60,720 bases of DNA from a bacterium (lineage in GTDB: Bacteria > JADJOY01): contig JAXLQJ010000018.1 of assembly GCA_046331705.1 (NCBI GenBank), positions 62,001-122,720 of the forward strand. The letters are read 5' to 3'. The position numbers and the translations under genes are program-made. This document shows, one piece after another, positions 9,516 through 19,698 of this stretch. The notes under the pieces are model-generated. The model had not been told where the DNA came from. It did not search any database and saw nothing but the letters and a program-made list of their open reading frames with translations. Position 1 is the first letter of the stretch; each line of letters starts with the position of its first letter.

Positions 9516-10620
9516 GGATCGGGATCGCGGCGGTGCTGGGGACGAGCGGCGGGCCGCGCAGCTACGCACGAGCGCTGGTCGCCGCGCTGGCGCGCACGGA
9601 CGCGGATCACGAGTACTGGGTGCTGACGGATGCCCCCGACGCGGTCCCCGTCCATCCTCGGATCCACACGGTGCACGTGCCGTTGGAGAGCCGCTACGCG
9701 CAGCCGCTCTGGGATCACGTGCGCCTGCCGGCGGCGGTGGCCCCGCTCCGCCTCGACCTTCTTCACCACACCAAGGCGGCGCTGCCCCTCGGGATCGCGA
9801 TCGCGAGCGTCGTCTCGGTCTACGACGCCGCACCCTTCCTGCACACGCGCACGTTCACGCGCCTGCAGGCGCTTCATCACCGCGGTCACATCCGCGATGC
9901 AGCGCGGCGCGCCGATCGGCTGATCACCATCAGTCACGAGGCGCGCGCCGAGCTGGCGCAAGCGCTGAGCGTCGACCGCGGTCGCATCGCGGTGATCGAG
10001 CCCGGCGCCACCGGCCCAGCGCGCGAGGCACGCGCGGCGTGCGGCGAGCGCGCGCGCGCGCTCCATCCCGGCATCCGCGCGCCGTTCGTGCTCGCGCTCG
10101 GCACGATCCAGCCCCGCAAGGACCTGAGCACGGTGATTCGCGCGTTCCTGCGCGCCAAGGAGCGGTTTCGCTTCCGCACCGGCTGGTGATCGCCGGCCGC
10201 TCCGGCTGGCACGACCCGGCGCTGGAAGGGTCTCGAAACCAGCACGTCGAGGACGTCGTGTGGACCGGCGAGCTCGCCGACGAGCAGGTGGCGACGCTGC
10301 TCGAGGGCGCCGAGCTCGCGGTGAACGCGTCGCGCTACGAAGGATTCGGCCTCGCCGTGCTGGAGGCACTCGCCCACGGCGTCCCGCTGGTCTCCACGCA
10401 CGTCCCCGCGTTGAGCCACGCCGCCGCGGATGCCTATTGGCGGGTCGCCGCCGGCGACGTCGGCGGGTTCGCGTGCGCGCTCGGCGCGCTCGCCACCGAT
10501 CCCGCGCTGCGAGCGCGGCTCGCCGTGCGCGGCCGCGCACGCGGCCCGCTTCTCCTGGGACGACGCGGCGCGCGCCGCGCTCGCCGTCTATCGCGACGTG
10601 CTCGCGGCCGCGCCGGCACG
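9512..10620 (+). pseudogene. GT4 glycosyltransferase, frameshifted (pseudogene or sequencing error)
   Basis: ATGA overlap with the upstream gene; LGTIQPRKD in one frame, SRYEGFGLAVLEA in a second, RFSWDDAARAALAVY in a third; shifts near 10170 and 10540; end approximate. Confidence 0.8.
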
Positions 10621-10669
10621 CGGCGCGTCGTGCCGCGCGGATCGCGGCCGGGCTTGCTCGGGCTCGCGC

Positions 10670-11728
10670 ATGCCCACTGATGCCGGCGCCACGATCCGCC
10701 TGCCAGCGCGCGACGATCCCGGGTCGCAGCTGGTGGCGATCGTGGCGAGCCATCACCCCGGCGATCACCTCGCCGCGTGCCTGGAGTCGCTCGCCGCGCA
10801 AGGCTCGCGGCGGTGGTCGTCGACGACGGCTCGCCCGCCGCGCGGGTCACGACCATCGCGCGGACCTTCCCCCGGGTGCGCACGATTCGTTCCGCGGCGA
10901 ATCGCGGGTTCGCGGCGAGCGTCAATGCGGCGATCGCCGAGCTGCTGTGCGCGGCTCCGCCAGCGCACCGACCGGAATGGGTGCTGCTCCTCAACGACGA
11001 CGCCGCGCTCGAGCCAGGCTTTCTTGCCGCGGTGACCCCGCACCCTCGGTGGCGCCACGGCCTGGTCCATGCTCGGCCCTGCAGTTGCGCGACGACGATC
11101 CGCTGCGCATCGACTCGGCAGGGCTGACGCTTCGCGGCGACGGTGGCGGCGGCGACGCACTGGCTCGCCGACGAGCCCCTCACCCGCGCGCCCGCCCGCG
11201 CCGTGGAGATCCTCGGTCCGAGCGCGGGCGCGGCGCTCTACCGTCTCGACCTGCTCGCGGGCCTCGGCGGATTCGAGGCGAGCTTCTGGGCCCTGGCTTC
11301 GAGGATCAAGACTCGCGCTGCGCGCCCGCGCGGCCGGTGCGCGCGCGCTGCTGATTCCCGACGCACGCGTGCGGCACCGTGGCGGCGCCACCACGCGCGC
11401 GCGAGGCCTATCGCCGCCTGGTCTGTCTCGAGCGAAACCGTGTGCGCACGGTGGTTCGCCCTTCCCGAGCGGACTCGCGGTGCAGTGCATCGCGCGCGCG
11501 TGCGGCGAGGCCGCCGCGCGCGCCGCACGAGCGCCCGCCACCAGCCGGAAGCAGGACGGCTGCGCCACGCGGCTCCCCAGCTCGCGTGGCCGCTTGCCAC
11601 CAGCCGCGCACCACCTCGAAGGGTGGGCGCGCGCGCGGCGCTCGCTGCCCCGCGACGCGCGGTGGCGAGCGCGGCGCGCGGCCGTGCTCGCACCCGCCGA
11701 GCTCACCGTTGGATCACGACGACGCTGA
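10670..11728 (+). pseudogene. GT2 glycosyltransferase (WbbL/rhamnosyltransferase-like), multiply frameshifted
   Basis: LAACLESL, VVVDDGS, NRGFAASVNA, LLLNDDA, GPSAGAALYR...LGGFE and LIPDARVRHRGGAT are spread over several frames; boundaries approximate. Confidence 0.75.
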
Positions 11729-11761
11729 GGGCGGGCGGCGCCCGGCCTGGGCGCGGCGCGG

Positions 11762-12975
11762 GTGGTCGTGGTCGAGCCCGGCCGGTCAGCGAGCGGTGTG
11801 GGCCGGATCGCACGGCTGACGGCGGAGGCGCTCGAACGCGCATGCCATCGGCCCGCAGCCGCCGCGATGGATCTGCTCCTCGCGGGTCCCGGCCCGCGGC
11901 CCCCGTGGGCGCCCACGCTGCCGTGGATCCCCCTGCCGGCAGTCGGCGCCGAGCCGGGGGCGACGGTGCGCTGGTACCGCAACCTCGACCGCTGGCTCGA
12001 CGCACACGAGCCCGCGCTCGTGCACGTGCTCTCCGGGTTTCCGGTGCCCGGGATGCGGCGGCCGTACGTGATCACGCTGCACGACCTCGACGTGCTCGCG
12101 AGCCCGGCGCGCCATCCACTGGTGAAGCACGCCTACTTCCGCTTCTTCCTGCCGGCGAGCCTGCGACATGCCGCCTCGATCCACGCCGTCTCGCGCAGCA
12201 CCGCCGCGGCGATCGCCCGCCGCTGGCCGATGCTCGCGCCGCGAACCACCACCGTGCGCAACGCCCTCGCGACCGAGCTTCACGCGCGTCCGCGACCGCG
12301 GGCTGCTCACCGAGCTGCGCGAGCGATGGGACTGCCGGCGCGGTTCGCTGGTCACTGCTGCGTCCGCAGGGCCGCGCCTGCGCGCCGATCTCGCGATCGA
12401 AGCGATGACCGAGGTGCGGGCGCGACACGCCGATGTCGGGCTGGTGATCGCCGGCGGTTGCGACGCAGCGCGCCCGCGGGATCCGGGGCGCGGCGGCGCC
12501 ACCGCCCAGCCGTGGTGCGCATCGGCTCGGTCGAGGAGGGCGAGCTGCCGGCGTTGCTGAGCGCCGCCGCGGTGCTCGTCCATCCGACCTGGGACGACGG
12601 CTTCGGCTATCCGCCGCTCGAGGCCCTCTTCGGCGCACGCCGGTGGTGGTCTCCGATCTCGCGATCACGCGCGAGTTGCTGGCGCCGCACGCGCTGCGGG
12701 TGGGATCGGACGATCCGCGCCGCTGGGCCGATGCGATCGACCACGCCCTCCACGACGCTGCGCACCGGGAAACCGTGGCGCGCGTGGCGCCCACCTGGAC
12801 GTCACGCTTCGGCGTGGATCGTCTCGGCGCGCGCCTGGTCCATGCGTATCGCCGCACCCTCGCGCGCTCGGGCGGCGCCCCGCCGCCGCGCGCGCGGCGC
12901 CAGGCGTCGAGCCAGCACCACGTCGTAGACGAGGTCGGCCCACGCGGCGCCGATCGAGCTCAACCCCATGCGTGA
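11762..12975 (+). pseudogene. Second GT4 glycosyltransferase, frameshifted
   Basis: YVITLHDL, HAVSRST, GFGYPPLEA, then VVSDL...LVHAYR in another frame; boundaries approximate. Confidence 0.72.
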
Positions 12976-14043
12976 CTGGAACTCGCGGAGCGCCGCCGCG
13001 CCCAGCTGGTGACGGAGCGAGGCGTCGCGCGCCAGCTCGCGCAGAGCGTCGGCCAGCGCGTCGGCATCCCGCATCGGCACGAAGCGCGCGCAGCCGGATT
13101 CGCCGAGCTCGTCGCGCATCGCGCGGCTCGCACCGGTGACGAGCGCCTTGCCCATCGCGAACGCCTGATACGCCTTGTTCGGCAGCACCAGGTCGGCCTT
13201 GCGCGTGCCGCCGAAGATCCCCAGGCACACGTCCGCCGCGGCGATCAGCCGAGGCAGCTCTTCGTAGGGGACCCAATCGATCAGCCTCAGGTGCGGGATC
13301 GCGCTCGGCTCGCGGACGCCATAGACCGCGCACACGTCGTCGCGGAACTGGCCGGTGCCGACGAACGTGAACCTCACGGCGCCGCCCGCGAGCCGTTTCG
13401 ACGCCTCGAGCATCGTGCGTACGCCGTGCAGCGGTAGGTATTTGCCGTAGTAGAGAACGTGCAACGGTCCGGGGGCCCGAGGCCCCGTCCGTGGGCGAAA
13501 GACTCGGTCGTCGGCTCCCGTGAGGACGGTCACGAGCTTGTGCTCCGCGACCGAGAAGCGATCCCGAAAGTACGCAGCGTGCGCATCGGTGTCCGCGACC
13601 ACCACGTCGGCGAGCGCGTAGAGCCGGCGCTCGATCCAGGCGAGCAACGCCGCGGCCCGCGAGCCCGCGGCGACGAAGCCCTTGTCCTCGACGAGCGTGT
13701 TGTAGACGGAAACCAGCGGATCGACGATGAGCGGCTTGCCGCGCCGACGGCTCAACCAGCGCGCCAGCGGCACGTCGAGGTGACCGTTGAAGCCCACGAC
13801 CATGACGTCGTAGTCGGCGATCCGCGAGTGGCGCCACGCGAGGCGCACCAGCGCGGCGAGGTAGCGAGCGACCACTCGCACCAGCGAGCGTCCGCGGAAG
13901 TAGTCGGCGAGCTTGATGCGCGTGAGCCCCCACACCTCGACGTGGCACTCGATCACCTCGACGTCGTGCCGCTTGAGACCGTCGATCGCGATGCGGTTGC
14001 GCGGATAGTCGCGCTCGTAGGTGCCGAACCAGCACACTTTCAT
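12802..14043 (-). CDS. GT4 glycosyltransferase (intact)
   Basis: ATG 14043 MKVCWFGTYERDYPRN; YYGKYLPLHGV; ADVCLGIFG..KADLVLPNKAYQAFAMGK. Confidence 0.85.
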   Translation of the reverse strand: MKVCWFGTYERDYPRNRIAIDGLKRHDVEVIECHVEVWGLTRIKLADYFRGRSLVRVVARYLAALVRLAWRHSRIADYDVMVVGFNGHLDVPLARWLSRRRGKPLIVDPLVSVYNTLVEDKGFVAAGSRAAALLAWIERRLYALADVVVADTDAHAAYFRDRFSVAEHKLVTVLTGADDRVFRPRTGPRAPGPLHVLYYGKYLPLHGVRTMLEASKRLAGGAVRFTFVGTGQFRDDVCAVYGVREPSAIPHLRLIDWVPYEELPRLIAAADVCLGIFGGTRKADLVLPNKAYQAFAMGKALVTGASRAMRDELGESGCARFVPMRDADALADALRELARDASLRHQLGAAALREFQSRMGLSSIGAAWADLVYDVVLARRLAPRARRRGAARAREGAAIRMDQARAETIHAEA

Positions 14044-14218
14044 CGGCGCGACTCCGGCGCCTGCCGGAACGCGCGCCCGCCACCAGCCGCGCGCGAGCGC
14101 GTGAGTGCCAACGAAAGTTGCGGGGCCGGCATCGCCGACCCATCCGTGCAAGCGGCGTTCCCCGGTCGCGACGCGGCGACACGCGCGACGCGGACGCGAT
14201 CGATCCGCGGCGAGCCGC

Positions 14219-15844
14219 TCAGACGCGGGGAGCGGGCGCGCCGTCGACGAGGCCGTAGAACTTGAGCTTGTGGAAGAAGGTCGCACGGGCGATGCCGAGG
14301 ATGGCGATGGCGCGCTCCTTGTGGCCGCCCGTGTGCTCGAGGACGCGGCGGATGTGCTCGCGTTCCACGCGCTCCATCAGCTGCCTGAGCGATTCCGGGG
14401 CTCCATCGCTCGAGCAGGGCGCCGCGACCGCGCTGCCCGCGATCGCCGCCGGCAGGTCGCCGAGCCGGATCACGTCGCCACACGCGAGGATCCCCGCGAT
14501 CTCGACGACGTTGCGCAGCTCTCGCACGTTGCCGCTCCAACGGTGCTGCCGCAGCGCGTCGAGCGCCGCCGGCTCGAACGATTTCCCGGGCGCCAGCCGC
14601 GCCTGGAAATGGTGCAGGAGCGGGTCGATGTCATCGCGCCGTGCACGCAGCGGCGGGACGTCGATCCGCGCGACGCAGATCCGGTAATAGAGATCCTCGC
14701 GGAACCGACCCTCGCGCACCTCGCGCTCGATGTCGACGTTGCCGTTGCGATGGTCGTCGTACATGCCGAGGCCATCGCGCAGGGGGCGGACCACGTCGGC
14801 CTCCAGCGCCCGCAGCAGCAGCACCTGAATCTCGGGCGTGGCCGTGGTGATCTCGTCGAGGAAGAGCACGCCGCCCTTCGCCTGGACGAAGAAGCCGTGA
14901 TGCGGCGAGGTGGCGTCGGTGAAGGCGCCCTTCTCGTGACCGAAGAGCTGGGAGATCGCGGTCTCGCGCGAGAGCGTGCCCATGTGGACGGGAACGAAGG
15001 GTCCGGCGCGCCGCTCGGACTCCTGGTGGATCGCGCGGGCGATCACTTCCTTGCCGGTGCCCGACTCGCCGGTCACGAGCACCGACACCTGGGTGGGGGC
15101 GAAGCGCTTCACCAGCTCGTAGATCCGCTTCAGCTCGGAGCTTCGGCCGACCAGGTGGTGCCCCGCGCCGTACGCACGCTCGAGCGTTTCCTCGCGGGCC
15201 TTGGCGACCTCGCGCTCGGCTTCGATCCGCAGCAGATGCTGGATCGCGATGCACGCGTAGCAGGCGAGCGCCTGCAGGAACGGCAGATCTCCCTCGTCGA
15301 ACGCGCGGACCCGGACGTTGTTGTCGCAGTAGAGGATCCCGAGCGGCGAGGCGGGGTCGCCGAGCACGCAGCAGATGACCGAGCGGATGCCGTTGGCGAC
15401 CACGCTGGCCGCCGCGCCGAAGCTCGAGTCCATCGCGGCGTCGATGGTGAGCAGGGGTTCGCCCGACTCGAGCACTTGCGCGACCATCGTGCTCGAGATC
15501 GGCAACGGCCCATCCGCGTTCCAGCTCAGCTCGTGCGCCGCGCGCGGCACAAGCGTGTTGCCGTCGACGGTCGCGAGCAGCACCCGCTCGGCGCCCAGGA
15601 GCTCGCAGGCGGCGGCCACGATCCGCTCGAAGAGCCCCGGCAGCGCCGCCTGGGAGAAGAGCTCGTGGCCCAGCTCGTAGAGCTTGGTCAAGCGCAAGTA
15701 CGAGCGCCGCAGCTCCTCCGCGGGGATGGCCCCGGGATCGGGGGGAAACGGCATGCGCGCCCCCGCCCCAGCCGCTCGCTGGGGAGGCTCGGGGGACGGG
15801 CCGAGGGAATGGGAAACACCGAGTGGTTCTTCCGAGAGTGACAT
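14219..15844 (-). CDS. GAF-domain sigma54-dependent (Fis/NtrC-family) enhancer-binding protein, atypical
   Basis: GAF (GIRSVICCVL..LGILYCDN..AFDEGDL); Walker A GESGTGKE; GAFTDA; Walker B LFLDE; RFREDLYYR; WSGNVRELRN; C-terminal HTH ILGIARATFFHKLK; start uncertain. Confidence 0.88.
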   Translation of the reverse strand: MSLSEEPLGVSHSLGPSPEPPQRAAGAGARMPFPPDPGAIPAEELRRSYLRLTKLYELGHELFSQAALPGLFERIVAAACELLGAERVLLATVDGNTLVPRAAHELSWNADGPLPISSTMVAQVLESGEPLLTIDAAMDSSFGAAASVVANGIRSVICCVLGDPASPLGILYCDNNVRVRAFDEGDLPFLQALACYACIAIQHLLRIEAEREVAKAREETLERAYGAGHHLVGRSSELKRIYELVKRFAPTQVSVLVTGESGTGKEVIARAIHQESERRAGPFVPVHMGTLSRETAISQLFGHEKGAFTDATSPHHGFFVQAKGGVLFLDEITTATPEIQVLLLRALEADVVRPLRDGLGMYDDHRNGNVDIEREVREGRFREDLYYRICVARIDVPPLRARRDDIDPLLHHFQARLAPGKSFEPAALDALRQHRWSGNVRELRNVVEIAGILACGDVIRLGDLPAAIAGSAVAAPCSSDGAPESLRQLMERVEREHIRRVLEHTGGHKERAIAILGIARATFFHKLKFYGLVDGAPAPRV

Positions 15845-15969
15845 TCCAGCTCTCCGTGCCGGGCGTTGCTCCTCACCATAGGGAATTCCCGCCTCGAACG
15901 CTACCGGCGTGTGCGTGGGCCGGACGGACGGGATGCCGAGCTCACGACCGAGTTGCGAGCGCAGGCATC

Positions 15970-15985
15970 AGGACATACCCTTGCT
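15970..15985 (+). promoter_or_regulatory. Candidate sigma54 promoter AGGACATACCCTTGCT
   Basis: GG-N10-GC spacing with canonical TTGCT -12 element, 27 nt upstream of ATG 16013, divergent from the activator gene. Confidence 0.45.
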
Positions 15986-16012
15986 CCCGTCCCCGACGGC
16001 TGACGCTTCACC

Positions 16013-18274
16013 ATGGCCACGACGAGCAGGCGGTCACGCTTCCGGGTGCTGCCGAGCCGGCACGCGCGCCGCGCGCCCGTGCTCGCCGCGGCGGGCGCCT
16101 TGCTTCTGGTCGCCGTGTCGATCGGGACCGGCTGCCCGGCACCCTACTCCGCTCCGCCGGCGCACCGCGGTGACCAGGAGTGCGGTGTCACGACGGGCTG
16201 GATCTGGCGGCCGACATGGTGGAATTTCGCCGCGCGCGGCGAGTCCTACGCCTCGTGCGAGCTCTTCGACGAGGCCATCCAGGACTTCCGATGGGCCATC
16301 GAGCGGCGGGCCGCCGACCAACGTCATGCCCGCACCTACGGGATGCATTTTCTCGATGACTACTTTCCCCATCGCGAGCTGGGCATCGCGCTCTTCCGCC
16401 AAGGAAAGCTCGACGAGGCCGAGCACGAGCTGGTCGAGTCGTTGGGCTCGGAGCCCTCGGCGCGCGCCAAGTTCTACCTGAACGAGACCCGCCGCGAGTC
16501 GCTGCGGCGGCGCGGCGCAGGCGCGCTTCCCGGCCCGGTGATCGCCCTCGACGGTGTGGCGAGCTTCGCGACCCGTGAGACGAGCGTGCGGATCTCCGGA
16601 CGCGTCCACTCGGCTCAGCGCGTCGCGAGCCTCGAGATCGGCGGCAAGCGCGAGCTCGTCGAGCTGGCCGAGCCCGAGCTCCCCTTCGCCGTCGAGGTCC
16701 CCGTCGATCCCGGCGAGAACGCCGTGCGCATCGCCACCACCGATCTTCTGGGCAACGCCAGCGAGGCCATCGTCCGCGTCACCGGCGACCGGCAAGGCCC
16801 CGTGATGGCGATCCAGAGCATCGACCTCCTCACCGGCGGCGCGATCGAGATCGTCGCCAGCGCCCACGATCCATCCGGCGTCGCGACACTCGAGATCGCC
16901 GGCATCGCGCAGACCCCGAGCGCCACGGGCGCGTCGTCGGTTCGCCTTCGCATCGCCCGGCCAGCCGACGATCGCGTGCGTTTCGTCACCACGGATCGCC
17001 TCGGGAACGAGACCCGCGGCACGCTCGTCCTGACGGCGGACCAGGCCGCGTCACCCGCTTCCGAACGGCGCGTCCTGGTGGCCTCCCTCGACAGCGACCT
17101 GCCGCCGGCGGATCGGGCAGCGAGCGGCCGGGCTGCCGAGGCGGCGCCCGCGGGCTCGCGTGGGGGCGCGGTGGCCTCGGGACTCGGCGAGATCCACTGG
17201 AAGCTCGGCGAGAAGCTCGATGCCGCCCTCGACCGCGACCCTCCGCTGGTGCGCATCGACGGGCTCGACGACGGGCAGACGCTCTACCTCGACCGCGTCC
17301 TCGTCTCGGGCTCGGTCTCCGACGATTCCCGGGTCACCTCGATCGAGCTCGACCAGCTCGTCGCCGAGATCCACGACACCACCCAAGGGCCCATGCCGGC
17401 CGAGCGCGCGAGCATCCCGGCGACCCACGAGCGCCTCGACTTCACCCCTGGACGCCAGGTGTTCTTCAGCTCGATCGTCGCCCTCGGGGACGGGCCCAAC
17501 GTGGTGCGAATCGTCGCCACCGACGCCGCCGGCAAGCGCACCGAGCGCACCGTCGGGATCACGCGCATACGACCCGCGATTCGCGACCCGCGGGTGCGCC
17601 TCGCGGTCGCGCCGATGCCGTTTCGCGACGGCGACGGGATCGGGGATCTCTCGGAGCGGCTCGAGGATTTCCTGGTCGACGGCCTCGTCGACCAGCGCCG
17701 CTATCGGATCGTCGATCGCGAGACCGTCGCCGAGTCGATGCGCGAGAAGTCGCTGGTGTTGGCCGACCTCGTCGATCCCGACGCCGCCATCGACGTGGCG
17801 CGCACCACGCCCGCCGAGGCCATCCTGGTTGGCCGGGCGTATCGTCGCGGCGCCTCGCTGGAGGCGTGGGTCAAGCTCGTCGACACCGAGACCAGCGAGA
17901 CGTTGACCTTGAGCGACGTCTACGGTGAAAACCTGCAGTCGATGGAGCTTGGCCCGCTCATGTCCGCCCTGGCGCAGAAGATCGCGCTTTCCATCCCGGT
18001 GGTGGAAGCGCCGGTGGTCGCCGCTGGCAACGACGAGATCACGATCGCCAGGGGTGCCAGCGATCGATTGAAGCCCAACCTGCGGGTGGCGCTCTTTCGC
18101 GCCGTCGCGGGCGAGTCGGGCGGGGCGGCCCCGGCGCTCGCCGCGCCGAGCTATCAGGAGATCGCGCGCGGCCGTACCCGTTCCGTGGACGCGTCGCTGA
18201 CCCGAGCCGAGCTCGTTGCCGATCGATCCGCCGCTGCCGCGCCTCGCGCAGGCGATCTGCTGGTGATCCGGTGA
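16013..18274 (+). CDS. Lipoprotein: TPR repeats - Ig-like repeats - CsgG/HfaB-like domain - FlgT C-terminal-like domain
   Basis: Lipobox-like IGTGC; TPR (YFPHRELGIALFRQGKLDEAEHEL); Ig-like repeats (GENAVRIATTDLLGN, GPNVVRIVATDAAGK, DRDPP); CsgG-like YRIVDRE...LVDPDAA...VKLVDTETSE; terminal EITIARG...PRAGDLLVIR. Confidence 0.75.
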   Translation: MATTSRRSRFRVLPSRHARRAPVLAAAGALLLVAVSIGTGCPAPYSAPPAHRGDQECGVTTGWIWRPTWWNFAARGESYASCELFDEAIQDFRWAIERRAADQRHARTYGMHFLDDYFPHRELGIALFRQGKLDEAEHELVESLGSEPSARAKFYLNETRRESLRRRGAGALPGPVIALDGVASFATRETSVRISGRVHSAQRVASLEIGGKRELVELAEPELPFAVEVPVDPGENAVRIATTDLLGNASEAIVRVTGDRQGPVMAIQSIDLLTGGAIEIVASAHDPSGVATLEIAGIAQTPSATGASSVRLRIARPADDRVRFVTTDRLGNETRGTLVLTADQAASPASERRVLVASLDSDLPPADRAASGRAAEAAPAGSRGGAVASGLGEIHWKLGEKLDAALDRDPPLVRIDGLDDGQTLYLDRVLVSGSVSDDSRVTSIELDQLVAEIHDTTQGPMPAERASIPATHERLDFTPGRQVFFSSIVALGDGPNVVRIVATDAAGKRTERTVGITRIRPAIRDPRVRLAVAPMPFRDGDGIGDLSERLEDFLVDGLVDQRRYRIVDRETVAESMREKSLVLADLVDPDAAIDVARTTPAEAILVGRAYRRGASLEAWVKLVDTETSETLTLSDVYGENLQSMELGPLMSALAQKIALSIPVVEAPVVAAGNDEITIARGASDRLKPNLRVALFRAVAGESGGAAPALAAPSYQEIARGRTRSVDASLTRAELVADRSAAAAPRAGDLLVIR

Positions 18275-19638
18275 GCGCCGACCACACGGCGCTCGACGGG
18301 CGGCGCGCCCGGGTGTGCAGAAGCGTCAGCGCGTGGCTCTTGATCGTGCTCACGTGCGGCGTCGCATCCGCGCAGGAATCCGTCGAGATCGTCTTCAGCT
18401 CGCAGCCCAGCCCGGTGGGCGCGGGAGCGCGGGCCACCGGCGTCGGCTCGGCGTTCATCGCCGTCGCCGACGATGCCACGGCGGCGTCGTGGAACCCCGG
18501 CGGCCTGACTCAGCTCGATCGGCCGGAGATGTCGGTCGTCGCCCGCGGGATCGCCCAGTTCGACGAGCTGGGAGACGGCACCCGCACGTTCGACACGGGG
18601 GAGAGCACGAGCGCCGCCGGGCAATCCGACTCGTTCGCGACCGGCAGCCTCAACTACCTGAGCGTCGCGATCCCGTTCTCGGTGATCGGCCGCAACCTGG
18701 TGGCGGCGCTCAACTATCAGCAGGTCCTGTCGTTCGAGCGCGATCTCCACTTCCGCTTCGACAACGACTCGCCCGGGTTCCATTCGTTCACGAACGCGCA
18801 TCTGGTGCAGGCGGGCGGCGTCGACGCGGTGACGCCCGCGCTGGCCTTCACCGTCGCACCCGGCCTCTCGCTGGGCGCGGCCTTCAATTACTGGATCGAC
18901 GGGCTGGGACACGACTTCGCGTGGCGAGAGACGTTCGAGCAAAGCGGCGCGTTCGAGGTCGAAGGCTTCACTCAGCCCACCAGCGGATCGTTCCAGGACA
19001 CGTTTCAGCATTTCCGTGGAGCGAACGGCACCATCGGTCTGCTCTGGGACGTCACCGACGAGGTGGCGCTCGGCGCGGTCTGGAAGACGCCCTTCACGGC
19101 GCACGTCCACCACGTCGCGCGATCCCCCTCGGACCCGTCGTTTCCGGTGCAGCGCCAGCGGCACCGGATGCAGCTGCCCGCCTCGTACGGGATTGGCGCC
19201 CGCTGGCGCCCGAGCGACCAGCTGACGCTCTCCACCGACGTGACGTGGGTCGACTGGGCGCATTTCCGCACGGTGAGCTCGACCGGCGAGGAGTTCCTGG
19301 TCACCGGCGACCTCGCGAGCACCGACACCGTGGACGGCGTCTTCACGGAACGCGTCGGTGCCGAGTACGTGTGGCTGCTACCGGAAGCCAAGCTGACGGC
19401 GCGGACCGGGTTGTTCTTCGATCCGGAACCGTCGCGCGGCGCGCCGCGGCCGTTCTACGGCGGCAGCCTGGGCTTCGGCGTCACGCTCGCGTCGGTGAGC
19501 GTGGATCTCGCATACCAGGTGCGGGCGGGGCTCGCCGCGAAGCACACGAGCGTCGCCACTCAGCTGGTGGACATTCCCAGCGTCGAGCTCGATACGGTGC
19601 AGAACCTCTTCTATCTCTCGATCGTCGAGTACCTGTAG
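18271..19638 (+). CDS. OmpP1/FadL/TodX-family outer-membrane beta-barrel
   Basis: GTGA overlap with the upstream gene; signal peptide ending ASA; PVGAGARATGVGSAFIAVADDATAASWNPGGL; amphipathic strands; C-terminal LSIVEYL. Confidence 0.85.
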   Translation: MSADHTALDGRRARVCRSVSAWLLIVLTCGVASAQESVEIVFSSQPSPVGAGARATGVGSAFIAVADDATAASWNPGGLTQLDRPEMSVVARGIAQFDELGDGTRTFDTGESTSAAGQSDSFATGSLNYLSVAIPFSVIGRNLVAALNYQQVLSFERDLHFRFDNDSPGFHSFTNAHLVQAGGVDAVTPALAFTVAPGLSLGAAFNYWIDGLGHDFAWRETFEQSGAFEVEGFTQPTSGSFQDTFQHFRGANGTIGLLWDVTDEVALGAVWKTPFTAHVHHVARSPSDPSFPVQRQRHRMQLPASYGIGARWRPSDQLTLSTDVTWVDWAHFRTVSSTGEEFLVTGDLASTDTVDGVFTERVGAEYVWLLPEAKLTARTGLFFDPEPSRGAPRPFYGGSLGFGVTLASVSVDLAYQVRAGLAAKHTSVATQLVDIPSVELDTVQNLFYLSIVEYL

Positions 19639-19698
19639 CGCACTCGATTCGCTGCGAACCGGCGGAGCGTGAAGCTCTCGGCCTCGAAAGGTGATGCG

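Noticed and set aside
12802-12975. 174-nt convergent overlap of two GT4 genes
   Set aside because: It lies at the edge of the frameshift-rich zone and the overlapping tails are low-complexity, so lost stop codons are the likely cause
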